In this document: positions 18,884-28,577 of the stretch, piece after piece
Numbering within the stretch: the first letter of the stretch is position 1
Layout: each line of letters begins with the position of its first letter
Source: Bacteriovoracaceae bacterium
GTDB taxonomy: Bacteria; Bdellovibrionota; Bacteriovoracia; Bacteriovoracales; Bacteriovoracaceae
Length of the DNA: 39,135 bases
NCBI GenBank assembly: GCA_018649885.1
Contig: JABIHA010000095.1
Coordinates: forward strand, 1-39,135
Direction of reading: 5' to 3'
The notes under the pieces: generated by a model
Databases searched by the model: none
Told to the model about the DNA's origin: nothing
What the model saw: the letters and a program-made list of their open reading frames with translations, nothing else
Position numbers and translations under genes: made by a program

Positions 18884-20614
18884 ATGGATAACACTTATTC
18901 TTATAATTACATCCAAGGTGTCAATTTTCTCAAGGTTAAAGGCTCCCATTCTTATAGGGCCAGAATCCACGGAAGAGTACTCAAAGACCAAATTAGGGTA
19001 GGAGCACTTCCAACGCTCGCTGAAATTAATGATTGGATGTTAAGAAGGGCAGAAGGCCCTGTCGAAATTCCCATGGTAAGAAACTTTCTAATCTACCTAT
19101 ACAATAAAGTTTTAATGCCCAAGCTTGAAGCCTCTGTGGCGCGCTCAGCACCCTACTACCTTGAAGTGATGAAAGCACTTAGCGAGGAGACAGGCCTTCA
19201 TAAAAACCTTATTAGAAATGCACTTTTCCAGGCCGATGGCATTATGGTTTTATCTAGACTAAGCGTAATGAAATACCTGATGACTGATATGCCCATAACG
19301 TGTCTTCCATGTTGCTCAAGTTCTGTGGCCTTTAACGAGTACACAGATGATGGAAGAATGATAGTGGCCAGGAATCAAGACTATCCCATTGTAGGCCCAT
19401 GGGAAAAACACCCCTTGGTATTTTTTAACATCCCTACTGAAAAAGATCTCATTCCCTATATTTCTATTACCTCCAGTGGAGTTCAAACTGGTGGTCTGAC
19501 TGCTACAAACAAAGAAGGCTTGACTCTGGCAACCCACGCTCACCTGGGAACAGAAATCTCAACAGATGGACTTCCAGTATTTCTTCTGGGCGAGATGATT
19601 ATATCAAAAGCAAAAACCATAGATGAAGCAATCAAAATTGCAAGAAATTATACCAGAAATGCCAACTGGGCCTATATCATATCAAGTCATAAAGAAAATA
19701 AAGTGGTTGTACTTGAGTGCACACCCAAAGAAGTTTTTGTGAGAGAGCCAAGTGTAGGAAAAATGACTCACACAAATTACTTCCAATCTGAAGCACTCAA
19801 AAATAAAGAGGCCTTAATTTCGGCCAGTGTTCTTGAAGATTTATACGGCAGAAGACTGAGAATGGATCAATATTTAGACCACAATAAGGGAAAATTAAAT
19901 CCCGATTTGATGATGAAAATGCTTGGCGATCACGTGGACTATTTTAGTGGAACAGAAAGAGTTTTTGGAAATACAGTAAGTGTCATCACAAGTATTAAAT
20001 CGGTTGTATTTGATCCCAGTAAAAGTAGACTCTACGTGGGCAACAGACATGAGTCACCGGTGGGACTCGGAAACTTTCTTGAACTTGATTTAGAAAAAAT
20101 GTGGGATATGGATTTTTCTGAGCTCGGTGAACTTCCGGTTCACCCCGGTTACCAGCCCCAGTCACCAAAATTAATCCAGGCCGTAAGCGAATACCGAGAG
20201 GCCTACCGCTGCTTTCACATAGAAAATTTTCACGACGATTACATGATTAACACTCGGAATCATTTAAGAAAAGCTGTCAGAACTTTTCCCCAGGATGGTC
20301 ACATGCAACTGCAAATGGCACTGGTTTACTTCAAAACAAAATCACCTAAAAAAGCTCTTTTTCACTTCCAAAAGGCCCGCGAAATGGGCCTAACTCACCA
20401 CCTAGAAGGGGTTTGTAAGCTTTTTCACGCAAGGTGCCTAGATCTTGTTGGCAGAAGAAAGGAGGCAAAGGAGATCTACAAAAGCACCCTTGAAGAAATC
20501 AACGAGCCCGGTCTCAAAGAGGCGCTACAAAAGGGGCTTTCCAGTAAATATAAAAAGAAAATGCTCTCCCACTTGATGCTAGATTTACAGTTTCCGGCAC
20601 CCCATCATTACTAG
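18884..20614 (+). CDS. C45 / acid-ceramidase-like Cys Ntn-hydrolase with a C-terminal TPR region
   Basis: CCSS autoprocessing site, ARNQDY, N.EGL and HTNY motifs; TPR-like helices in the last ~130 aa. Confidence 0.8.
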   Translation: MDNTYSYNYIQGVNFLKVKGSHSYRARIHGRVLKDQIRVGALPTLAEINDWMLRRAEGPVEIPMVRNFLIYLYNKVLMPKLEASVARSAPYYLEVMKALSEETGLHKNLIRNALFQADGIMVLSRLSVMKYLMTDMPITCLPCCSSSVAFNEYTDDGRMIVARNQDYPIVGPWEKHPLVFFNIPTEKDLIPYISITSSGVQTGGLTATNKEGLTLATHAHLGTEISTDGLPVFLLGEMIISKAKTIDEAIKIARNYTRNANWAYIISSHKENKVVVLECTPKEVFVREPSVGKMTHTNYFQSEALKNKEALISASVLEDLYGRRLRMDQYLDHNKGKLNPDLMMKMLGDHVDYFSGTERVFGNTVSVITSIKSVVFDPSKSRLYVGNRHESPVGLGNFLELDLEKMWDMDFSELGELPVHPGYQPQSPKLIQAVSEYREAYRCFHIENFHDDYMINTRNHLRKAVRTFPQDGHMQLQMALVYFKTKSPKKALFHFQKAREMGLTHHLEGVCKLFHARCLDLVGRRKEAKEIYKSTLEEINEPGLKEALQKGLSSKYKKKMLSHLMLDLQFPAPHHY

Positions 20615-20661
20615 AGTAATTTAGAGTAATATTGACATCAAAATCCTCTCTGGGGTAAAGT
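20612..20661 (+). promoter_or_regulatory. Putative sigma70 promoter with a tandem 9-bp direct repeat upstream of the -35
   Basis: TAGAGTAAT twice (10-bp period), then TTGACA, 18 nt, TAAAGT. Confidence 0.4.
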
Positions 20662-20683
20662 ACCCCTCTAGGGGAGAAAAACT

Positions 20684-21217
20684 ATGACTCATTTATTTAA
20701 ATTTCTTTTCATCTGTTCTTTTTGTATGAGCTGTGCCCAAATCGTAAAAAATTCATCAAAAATCCCCCGTGAGAATCTGTCTCAAATGATCGATCAGTAC
20801 GGCGAAAAAAGCTCTCGATTTTTAACAGAGCTAGAACAAAACCAGCTTAAAAATGATCAAATTATTAAACAAAGTGAGATGCTAATCGAATTGGCAAAAC
20901 CTATTTTGAAAAATGTAATGTTAAGCAATAAAAATAGATGCAAGAGTTATTTAAAATCGACCCTCTTCCACATCGATCAAATGAAAAAAAGCTCTCCTAA
21001 AATGATGGAAGAAAACTACAAAAAAGGTAGCGTACTTGGAAGTGCTGATCCACTATGCCAATATGTAAAAGATCTCGTTGTAAGACCAGCTGCTATGATT
21101 GTTCTCACAAAAAAATCTGAAAATAAAGACAAAGACCAACTTGTAGTTGAAGAACTCAAAGAGGCCATCTGGAGAATTGATCTTATTTCTGAGGACCTAT
21201 TTTCTCAAAGCATTTGA
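20684..21217 (+). CDS. Hypothetical helical lipoprotein
   Basis: GGGGAG SD; short signal peptide ending CMSC; two internal cysteines. Confidence 0.65.
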   Translation: MTHLFKFLFICSFCMSCAQIVKNSSKIPRENLSQMIDQYGEKSSRFLTELEQNQLKNDQIIKQSEMLIELAKPILKNVMLSNKNRCKSYLKSTLFHIDQMKKSSPKMMEENYKKGSVLGSADPLCQYVKDLVVRPAAMIVLTKKSENKDKDQLVVEELKEAIWRIDLISEDLFSQSI

Positions 21218-21642
21218 TGATAGCGAAAACGCAGCTCTTCCATTCTCTTTCGATTAACACCAAAATCTGATTCACCTATTCTTGAAGCAGATCTTATAAA
21301 TGCTTTGCCAGCGTCACTATTTATATAAATTTCTACGTCGTCTACAAAACGAAAAACAGTTGAAGTAAACTCTGCATAGATATATGTGCCACCTTCTTTG
21401 GTTACTACTTTGCCTCCCATTTTTTCAACAATAGAAACAAATTTATCCATTTCAGCCGGGCCTGTAACCTTCAGACCTATGGGGTCAATCATGTGTTTTT
21501 CACTCGTAGCAAAACTTGAAACACAATTACTCTTATCCGGGCATCCATTTAATTTTTTCTGATTTACTCCAAGCTCAGCTGGCCTTTGTCCTGCGCAACC
21601 TACACCCAAAATCAATAAAACTGCGTAACAACATTTTTTCAT
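21205..21642 (-). CDS. DUF1499-domain lipoprotein
   Basis: Lipobox GVGC; CPDKSNCVSS, FRFVDDVE and RSASRIGESDFGVNRKR. Confidence 0.9.
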   Translation of the reverse strand: MKKCCYAVLLILGVGCAGQRPAELGVNQKKLNGCPDKSNCVSSFATSEKHMIDPIGLKVTGPAEMDKFVSIVEKMGGKVVTKEGGTYIYAEFTSTVFRFVDDVEIYINSDAGKAFIRSASRIGESDFGVNRKRMEELRFRYHQML

Positions 21643-21653
21643 AATATAACTTC

Positions 21654-22709
21654 CTATCCTAGGTTTTGAACAACTGTGGCATCCCCATCATTAAAATTTA
21701 TTTGACTATAGGCCCCATTGATAAATACCATTTGAGGAGGGACATGGCCTATATCTGCATCATAAATAAGAGGTATCTCACATTCTTTAAAAACACTCAA
21801 AACGGCCCTAATATATGAGTCTTCAGGATAAGTCATTTTAGGAAATCGCCCTAAAACCACCCCTTTAATCCCCTCAAACCAACCGGCCATTTTTAACTGC
21901 CATAGATTTCTATAAACAGTAGAAGGCAAATCTCCTGCACTTTCCAGGTAGAAGATAACTCCTTCATTTTTCCATTTCTTTTTCAATTTATTAAAATCCC
22001 CATAAGGTGTTCCCACTAGATTGCGAAGAGTTTCAAGACACCCTCCAATCAACCTTCCCTTAAGTTCAAGATGTTGGATATCATTACCTTGATAAAAGGC
22101 CTTCCAGTGGGTTTCTTTATCAAATAATAGAGGGGAGCCAGGCCCTTTCACCATATCAGGCCAAACTGTAAGACACCTGGGAAATGATTTTTGTACTATT
22201 TGTGAATTTATTTCGGAATTTAAAATATCTGTCCAACTGGTAAGAGGATGATTATCGCCAATTGTCCCCATATCCATCAAACATGGACCATGAGCAGTGG
22301 CCACACCAGATACCAATGTTTTTGCGAATAAGAAGGTGGATGTATCAGAGTACCCCATAACCCATTTATTGGTTGAAGATTTTATTTTAGCAAAATCAAT
22401 TAAAGGCAGAGTGTCTATGAACATCTCGCCACCCCATGGAGGAATAATGGCAGAAATATTACTATTATCGAACATTGCCATTAACTCTCTTGCTCGGTCT
22501 TCCCTAGGCGCACTAACACCTTCGTGAGAATCTCTTAGACAGTCTCCTTCAATAACTTTGTATCCAAGAGATCTTAAATTTTTTAAACATTTGTCCAAAT
22601 GGGGATGATAGGCCCCAGCGACGCCATCTGAAATAGCACTAACACCAACAGTTGTTCCTTTGTGGAGAGGCGCTGGAAAAATCGGTTGGTGTGGTGAAGT
22701 TGGAATCAA
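21654..22709 (-). CDS. S66-family LD-carboxypeptidase (LdcA/MccF-like)
   Basis: PWGG, GYSD (Ser), HGP, GRLIGGC, YLE (Glu) and DIGH (His); probable TTG start after GAGGGGAG. Confidence 0.9.
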   Translation of the reverse strand: MIPTSPHQPIFPAPLHKGTTVGVSAISDGVAGAYHPHLDKCLKNLRSLGYKVIEGDCLRDSHEGVSAPREDRARELMAMFDNSNISAIIPPWGGEMFIDTLPLIDFAKIKSSTNKWVMGYSDTSTFLFAKTLVSGVATAHGPCLMDMGTIGDNHPLTSWTDILNSEINSQIVQKSFPRCLTVWPDMVKGPGSPLLFDKETHWKAFYQGNDIQHLELKGRLIGGCLETLRNLVGTPYGDFNKLKKKWKNEGVIFYLESAGDLPSTVYRNLWQLKMAGWFEGIKGVVLGRFPKMTYPEDSYIRAVLSVFKECEIPLIYDADIGHVPPQMVFINGAYSQINFNDGDATVVQNLG

Positions 22710-22711
22710 TA

Positions 22712-23989
22712 TTACTCCCCTCTCAGTTGGCAATAAAATTTTAAGTATTTTCGATTCACTTGATCACTGGCCTCTAAGGTAGCTTCTTCTAAAGACACTT
22801 CCACATCCTTTGCACTTGCCATTGTTTCCATCCAAAATTTATGAGTTTGTAGTAAAGCGTCAGGAATTAAAGAGGAATATTTTTCAAGATAAGAAGAAAT
22901 ACTTTTTGAAACTCCCTTTAATTGGTGGAGCTGATGAAAAGTGTCCTCTTTTAAAATTTCGTCAAACTCTATTTTCTTTTGGCGTATCTTTTCGAGTAAT
23001 AATTTTGACTGGTCTATATCAAGATCGGCCAAATGTTGGAAATAAGATCTAAGGTTTAGTAGAACTTTAACTTTTACTCCAATAACTTTGGCAACAACCT
23101 GAAGGTGAGTTGACGAAATATGACTTAAAGAAGAGGCCATATGAAAACCAAAGGAGTCTATTGTATCAATTTTTTTCTCATTAGTTGCTCTAGGAATATT
23201 TCTTAAAAATGAAACCTCCATAATCTGTGCAGGCAAGGGTATTTCAAAATCATAGGTCAGTTTATAAAAGATATAAAAGAAGTTAACCAAATCTTTTGAT
23301 TTCGTAGCTTCTTCTAATAAGTAATAGGTGGAGAGATTTTTCAAATTAAATCTTTTTAAAAGCTGATCACATTCATCTGGGTAATTTAGATTTTCCTTTA
23401 TGGCAAAACGAATCATTCGAAGAAATCTTACTGGATCCTTTGAAAAGTCATCTGAACATGGCCTTATGGTTCGTTTTTGAAGATCACCCAAACCGCCAAA
23501 TGGATCAATTAAAAGGGTGCTTCCATCTTCTTTGATTTCAATTCCAATAGCATTAAAAGTAAAATCTCTCCTCTTAAATGCCATTTGATCTGATAATTCA
23601 GCTCGAATTTCGGCGTCAAAATTTTTATGCCCAAACTCTCCCTCTCTAAATTTTTCAACGCGTGCTGGACTTAGCTCGACCTCATTTTGAGAATGCTTCA
23701 CTCTTATAATCTCAAACTCTAGTTTTTCAAACTCAGCTCCAAACCTTATAGAAATTTTTTGCTCGAGCTTGGATAATATTTTTTCCCACTGCTGATCTGA
23801 AATCACGGCCTTTGGACGAATCTCTACATCAATATCTCTGTACCAATCACTCTTGCCCATAAAAAAATCACGAGTTGCACCACCGACAATAATAGTACGA
23901 ATCTCTAAACTGTGAGCAATACTAAGGATATCGTTGACTCTTTGAGGCAGGTTTTCTTTAAACGAAGAAATGTTAGGACTTTTCCCCAT
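22712..23989 (-). CDS. tRNA nucleotidyltransferase (CCA-adding / poly(A) polymerase family)
   Basis: VGGATRD, DIDVE, AR.E, RRDFTFNA, DPFGG..DL and (K)DPVRFLR. Confidence 0.85.
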   Translation of the reverse strand: MGKSPNISSFKENLPQRVNDILSIAHSLEIRTIIVGGATRDFFMGKSDWYRDIDVEIRPKAVISDQQWEKILSKLEQKISIRFGAEFEKLEFEIIRVKHSQNEVELSPARVEKFREGEFGHKNFDAEIRAELSDQMAFKRRDFTFNAIGIEIKEDGSTLLIDPFGGLGDLQKRTIRPCSDDFSKDPVRFLRMIRFAIKENLNYPDECDQLLKRFNLKNLSTYYLLEEATKSKDLVNFFYIFYKLTYDFEIPLPAQIMEVSFLRNIPRATNEKKIDTIDSFGFHMASSLSHISSTHLQVVAKVIGVKVKVLLNLRSYFQHLADLDIDQSKLLLEKIRQKKIEFDEILKEDTFHQLHQLKGVSKSISSYLEKYSSLIPDALLQTHKFWMETMASAKDVEVSLEEATLEASDQVNRKYLKFYCQLRGE

Positions 23990-24076
23990 AGGATTATTTT
24001 AAGTGGAAAGTGTTATGTGGGCCAAGTAAAAAGCAGGATTATGCAAAGATCATGTAATTAATTTTTGCAGTTGGTA

Positions 24077-24982
24077 TTAAGACTCTTTCCTGGTTTCGCT
24101 AAGCTCAATAAATTTTTGCTTAACTACTTTCATTCTCTCTAGACCATCATTTTCTTTGTGATAAACAAAGTAAAAATCATCTGTGTGGACTTCAAACTTA
24201 CCAGAAAGTACTCCTACCTTATCTCGGTAAAAGGATCTCTCAAGTACATGGGTGGGAACAACAGCAACTCCCAGACCTTTACTGACGGCCTGTAGGATAT
24301 TTCCATGACTATTAACTACAAATCTTCGGTGGAGTTTTCTAGGTGTTGAACCAAAAACAAGACGGCACCAAAGAAAGAGAAGATAGTCATCTTCCTCAAA
24401 TAATAAAATAGGAAGACTCGATAGCTTTTCTATTGTTAGATTCTCATCCACATCAAAATTGCCATTTTTTGGATAAACAAGAGTCGTCTTCTCAGGCCCA
24501 ATATAAATTTTTTCACCGACTGAAGGAACGGCGTACTTAGGAACAACGAGACCATCGAGCTTAAGATTTTTAAAATCCTGAGTTAAACTGGCCGGAAGCC
24601 CAAGAGTAAGGCCAAGCTTTAAATCTGGGTATGTGGCCAAAAGATCTATCAGCATTGATGAAAGCCAACTCTTTCCAATTCCAGAGAGACTTCCTATTCT
24701 GACTCTCCCACGAACGCCGTGGGTATTTTCATCAATTTCATGGAGGGTATCATCTAATTTAAGAAAGAACTCTTCGGCCAACTCATAGAGTTTTTCCCCT
24801 TCATGGGTCAAAACAACCTGCTTTCCAGAGCGGGTAAACAATTTTGTACCCACTCGAGTTTCGAGGTTTTTCACACTTTGACTTATGGCACTCTGCGTTA
24901 CATGAAGCCCTTCAGCGGCCCTGGAAAAACTTCCTGCACGAGCTACTGCCAGCAATGTTTGGAGTTGTCCTGTTTCGATCAT
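24077..24982 (-). CDS. LysR-family transcriptional regulator
   Basis: GSFSRAAEGLHVTQSAISQSVKNLE...LFTR HTH; GRVRIG; GLGVAVVP. Confidence 0.93.
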   Translation of the reverse strand: MIETGQLQTLLAVARAGSFSRAAEGLHVTQSAISQSVKNLETRVGTKLFTRSGKQVVLTHEGEKLYELAEEFFLKLDDTLHEIDENTHGVRGRVRIGSLSGIGKSWLSSMLIDLLATYPDLKLGLTLGLPASLTQDFKNLKLDGLVVPKYAVPSVGEKIYIGPEKTTLVYPKNGNFDVDENLTIEKLSSLPILLFEEDDYLLFLWCRLVFGSTPRKLHRRFVVNSHGNILQAVSKGLGVAVVPTHVLERSFYRDKVGVLSGKFEVHTDDFYFVYHKENDGLERMKVVKQKFIELSETRKES

Positions 24983-25005
24983 AAGCAAAACTAATACAAG
25001 TGATT

Positions 25006-25046
25006 AGGGCATCCGTCAAGAATCCTCAGGAATCTTCAGATGCCCT
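25006..25046 (-). terminator. Long hairpin after the fusA stop codon (no U-tract)
   Basis: AGGGCATC...GATGCCCT outer stem with an inner AAGATTCC/GGATTCTT-type stem. Confidence 0.5.
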
Positions 25047-25055
25047 CGTATTACC

Positions 25056-27212
25056 TTAGTCGTCTGAAGAAAGTTTTTCTTTTCTAGCTTCCATCACTTT
25101 TCTCTGAATATCTGGACTACATGGTGAGTATTTTTCAAAGGCCATGGTGTAACCAGCTTTACCTGCAGACATGGACCTAAGCTCAGTTGAGTATCCAAAC
25201 ATCTCAGATAGTGGAACAAGTGCATTGACCACTGTGTCTCCGCCGTCATTTGTTTCACTACCTTGGATCAGACCTCTTCTTGAAGATAAATCTCCAATAA
25301 CAGAACCTTGATACTCATCTGGTGTTTCAACTTCAACATGCATCAGTGGTTCAAGAATAATTGGTGAAGCCTTACCAATGGCCTGCCTCATGGCCTGTCT
25401 TGAAGCAATTCTAAAGGCCAAGTCAGAAGAGTCAACATCATGGTGCTTACCATCTTTCAAAAAGACTTCCACATTAATCATTGGAAACGCAGCAAGAGGT
25501 CCCTTATCCATAATATCTTCAAAGCCCTTTTCACAAGCTCCGATATATTCTGTTGGAATTGATCCACCTTTAATCTGATTGGTAAATTTAAAGTTTTGAT
25601 CTTCTCTTTCTTTGTCTTCATCTTTAAGCGGACGAATAAATCCAGCAACTTGTCCAAATTGACCAGCACCACCAGTTTGTTTTTTGTGGGTGTAATCATA
25701 GCTAGCTTCTTCGGAAATAGTCTCACGGTAATTAACCTGTGGAGCACCTACTTCAACTTCTGCCTTATATTCTCTTTTCAGTCTTTCAACATAAATCTCA
25801 AGGTGCAATTCTCCCATTCCTGAAATAAGAGTTTCCCCAGATTCTTCATCTGTTCTCACATGAAAAGTTGGATCTTCTTTTAGAAATCTCTGAAGACCTT
25901 TGGCCATTTTTGCTTGTTGGTCTTTATCTTTTGCTTTAATTGATAATTCAATAACAGGAATTGGAACGTGAATTCCTTCACAAAAATAATTGATATCATC
26001 ATTTCCAACAAAGGTGTCCCCTGAGGCACAATCAACTCCTACCATTGCAATGATGTCTCCAGCACTTGCAGAGTCAATATTTTCTCTGTCATTGGAGTTC
26101 ATTCTCACAAGACGCCCTACCCTTACTTTTTTGCCAGTACGAGTATTGTAAACAGTGTCGCCCTTATTAACAGTCCCTTGATAGATTCTTGTATAGGTTA
26201 GTTGTCCAAATTGCTCATCAGTAATTTTAAAGGCCATGGCCACAAGTGGCTTGTCACTAACTGGCTCAAGAATAACTGTTTTCTCATCATCTTTATTTGT
26301 CACTGTAGGAGCTGCACATGACACTGGTGAAGGAAGGTATCTGGAGACTGCGTCAAGCAGAGTTTGAACTCCCTTATTTTTAAAAGCCGATCCCATGTAA
26401 ACTGGAACCAACTTAAGATCGTTAACACCTTTTCTTATAACTTTATGAATGACCTCTTCAGAAATTTCATTCCCTTCGAGGATATCCTCCATCATTTGAT
26501 CATCAAATTCGGAGATAACATCGAGCATATGCTCGCGCATTTCTTCAACTTTATCTTTTAATTCATCAGGACAGTCTTCAATTCTAACATTCTCACCATT
26601 GTCACCATCATAATAACTTGCCTTTCTAGTGATCAAATCAACAACGCCGCAAAAACCATCTTCTTCACCAATTGGACATTGTACTAGCACAGCATTGAGG
26701 CCTAGTTTGTCTGTAAGAGATTCAACCCCTTTAAAAGCATTGGCCCCCATTCGGTCCATTTTGTTTAAAAAGGCCAGTCTTGGAACCTTGTATCTTCTCA
26801 TCTGACGGTCAACTGTGATTGACTGAGACTGGACACCGGCCACAGAACATAGAACCAAGATGGCACCGTCAAGAACCCTGAGAGATCTCTCAACTTCAAC
26901 AGTAAAATCCACGTGTCCGGGAGTGTCTATGATATTAACCTTGATATCTTTACCGTCGCCTTCAGCGTAGGTAATACCCTGGTCGTTAGTGCCTCTCCAA
27001 AAAACTGTAGTGGCAGCTGAGGTAATTGTTATACCTTTTTCTTTTTCAAGCTCCATGTGATCCATTTTTGCGCCTGAACCACCGCCTCTGACTTCTTCAA
27101 TTTTGTGAATCATATCGCAGTAAAAAAGAATTCTTTCTGTTAAGGTCGTTTTACCAGAATCAATGTGAGCTGAGATTCCGATATTTCTTGTTTTTCCTAA
27201 TTGCTTGCTCAT
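25056..27212 (-). CDS. fusA: Elongation factor G (spdEFG1 / mitochondrial EF-G1-like subtype), outside the str operon
   Basis: [39 protein letters not shown] and LSEMFGY; AGGAGG SD. Confidence 0.96.
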   Translation of the reverse strand: MSKQLGKTRNIGISAHIDSGKTTLTERILFYCDMIHKIEEVRGGGSGAKMDHMELEKEKGITITSAATTVFWRGTNDQGITYAEGDGKDIKVNIIDTPGHVDFTVEVERSLRVLDGAILVLCSVAGVQSQSITVDRQMRRYKVPRLAFLNKMDRMGANAFKGVESLTDKLGLNAVLVQCPIGEEDGFCGVVDLITRKASYYDGDNGENVRIEDCPDELKDKVEEMREHMLDVISEFDDQMMEDILEGNEISEEVIHKVIRKGVNDLKLVPVYMGSAFKNKGVQTLLDAVSRYLPSPVSCAAPTVTNKDDEKTVILEPVSDKPLVAMAFKITDEQFGQLTYTRIYQGTVNKGDTVYNTRTGKKVRVGRLVRMNSNDRENIDSASAGDIIAMVGVDCASGDTFVGNDDINYFCEGIHVPIPVIELSIKAKDKDQQAKMAKGLQRFLKEDPTFHVRTDEESGETLISGMGELHLEIYVERLKREYKAEVEVGAPQVNYRETISEEASYDYTHKKQTGGAGQFGQVAGFIRPLKDEDKEREDQNFKFTNQIKGGSIPTEYIGACEKGFEDIMDKGPLAAFPMINVEVFLKDGKHHDVDSSDLAFRIASRQAMRQAIGKASPIILEPLMHVEVETPDEYQGSVIGDLSSRRGLIQGSETNDGGDTVVNALVPLSEMFGYSTELRSMSAGKAGYTMAFEKYSPCSPDIQRKVMEARKEKLSSDD

Positions 27213-27541
27213 TCCCTGGCCTCCTGAGGCATTAAAAAATATAGATCATTAATTTCAAATCAATTTGTGTTCTCATCAAAGATTCTTAAGTATACCCATA
27301 AGCCTTGCGAAGACACGCGGGGGACAAAAGTATCAATAAAAGATACGCGACATATTAATGGAACGATGTATAACAGTCAACAGCATAGTCTCTTACAAAC
27401 ATCACAAATTATCGACTTTACATCCTTTCTCACATACCCTAATTAGATGGTTACCCAAATTGATAACAAAATGGTCCAAAGAACCCAAAGCCAAATGCTA
27501 GCTTTGGAACATTGCAGACGACTAGGCTCAAGGATAGTTGA

Positions 27542-28165
27542 ATGGGAAAAATAAACGGTAGCGCAGATCTCACCAAAGAAACCCTCTACAAGGCCGTTAA
27601 GGCACTCGTTGAAAACGATAGCGAAAGTGTTCACTTGCATCAACAAAAGCTTTTCACGCTATTTAGTATCGGATTACAATATTTACTTTTTCGCAGCACC
27701 AAAGAACCTGGCGCCTATATAGTCCGTATCGAAGACGCACCTCTTGCCGAAAAATTAGCGAAAAGGGCCAAAGACCTCTCTTCAAGAAAGTTTTTCCAGG
27801 CCCTAGTTATGCCTAGAAAGCTTAGATATGGGCGATCCACCTTTCACCTAGACTTCTTTCACATGGGCACATGGGGAAGAACCTGTGAGCTTCCTAAGGC
27901 CAAAATCAAAGGTGCACTTATAGTGAAAAACACTATTATCAAGCCTATGATGGAAATTGACCCAGATGATGAAGACACACTGGTACAAGACCCCCTTCTG
28001 TTTTTTAATACAATCAGAGAGGTCTCACCCAAAACTATTATAATTGGGCATGGTGGTGAATTTCCCAGCACAGAAAAAATTCATTTTGATTTTATTCCCG
28101 ACAGTGATGAAGAAAAAGCGCTCCAGGGAGTTAAGATCAACACAAGCATCAATCTAAAAGACTAA
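27542..28165 (+). CDS. Hypothetical protein
   Basis: 207-aa ORF with an AAGGA SD, divergent from fusA; no recognised domain. Confidence 0.7.
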   Translation: MGKINGSADLTKETLYKAVKALVENDSESVHLHQQKLFTLFSIGLQYLLFRSTKEPGAYIVRIEDAPLAEKLAKRAKDLSSRKFFQALVMPRKLRYGRSTFHLDFFHMGTWGRTCELPKAKIKGALIVKNTIIKPMMEIDPDDEDTLVQDPLLFFNTIREVSPKTIIIGHGGEFPSTEKIHFDFIPDSDEEKALQGVKINTSINLKD

Positions 28166-28304
28166 CTTTCCCTGCGCGATGCGCTATTTATTTTAGAATT
28201 TTTCCCTGGTGCCACAAAGACCTTAACCATTTTTATTAAAGTGACACTAGTGGTGCCTTTAAAGATGCTAGAATTTTTTTCAGGGTGCATCTAAAATCCC
28301 AAAA

Positions 28305-28347
28305 TTTCAATGAGTTAGAAAGTATACAATTTGGCATGGGCTTTGCT
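28305..28347 (+). promoter_or_regulatory. sigma54 (-24/-12) promoter with an upstream IHF-like site
   Basis: TTGGCATGGGCTTTGCT (GG-N10-GC) at 28331-28347; TTTCAATGAGTTA (WATCAAN4TTR with 1 mismatch) at 28305-28317. Confidence 0.75.
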
Positions 28348-28355
28348 TTATAGGG

Positions 28356-28550
28356 GGGTGTACCGGGTTGAGGATGACTATGTAACAGTAGTCGCCTGGT
28401 CTGGGATAATTGAAAGATTGTCCGTCTTATTTGCCTACCTTACCTCAACCCACACCCGAGAATGTCCGAATGAATATTCTCTCTAAAACCTTCAAATACC
28501 CTACCTTTGGACAAACACTTTAAATCCCAGACCCAGGCCCTTTTGGGCGC
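28356..28550 (+). ncRNA. Candidate structured sigma54-dependent small RNA
   Basis: No substantial ORF; long-range helices 28356-28373/28443-28457 and 28394-28407/28524-28538; several local hairpins including a GAAA loop. Confidence 0.5.
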
Positions 28551-28577
28551 CCATAATCCAAATCTAAATTCTAAATT

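Noticed and set aside
28353..28460. tmRNA-like 5' end (GGGGGTG) or 6S RNA
   Set aside because: No TTCGAC D-loop motif, T-arm, CCA end or tag ORF; the pairing is branched and crossing rather than a 6S-like rod.
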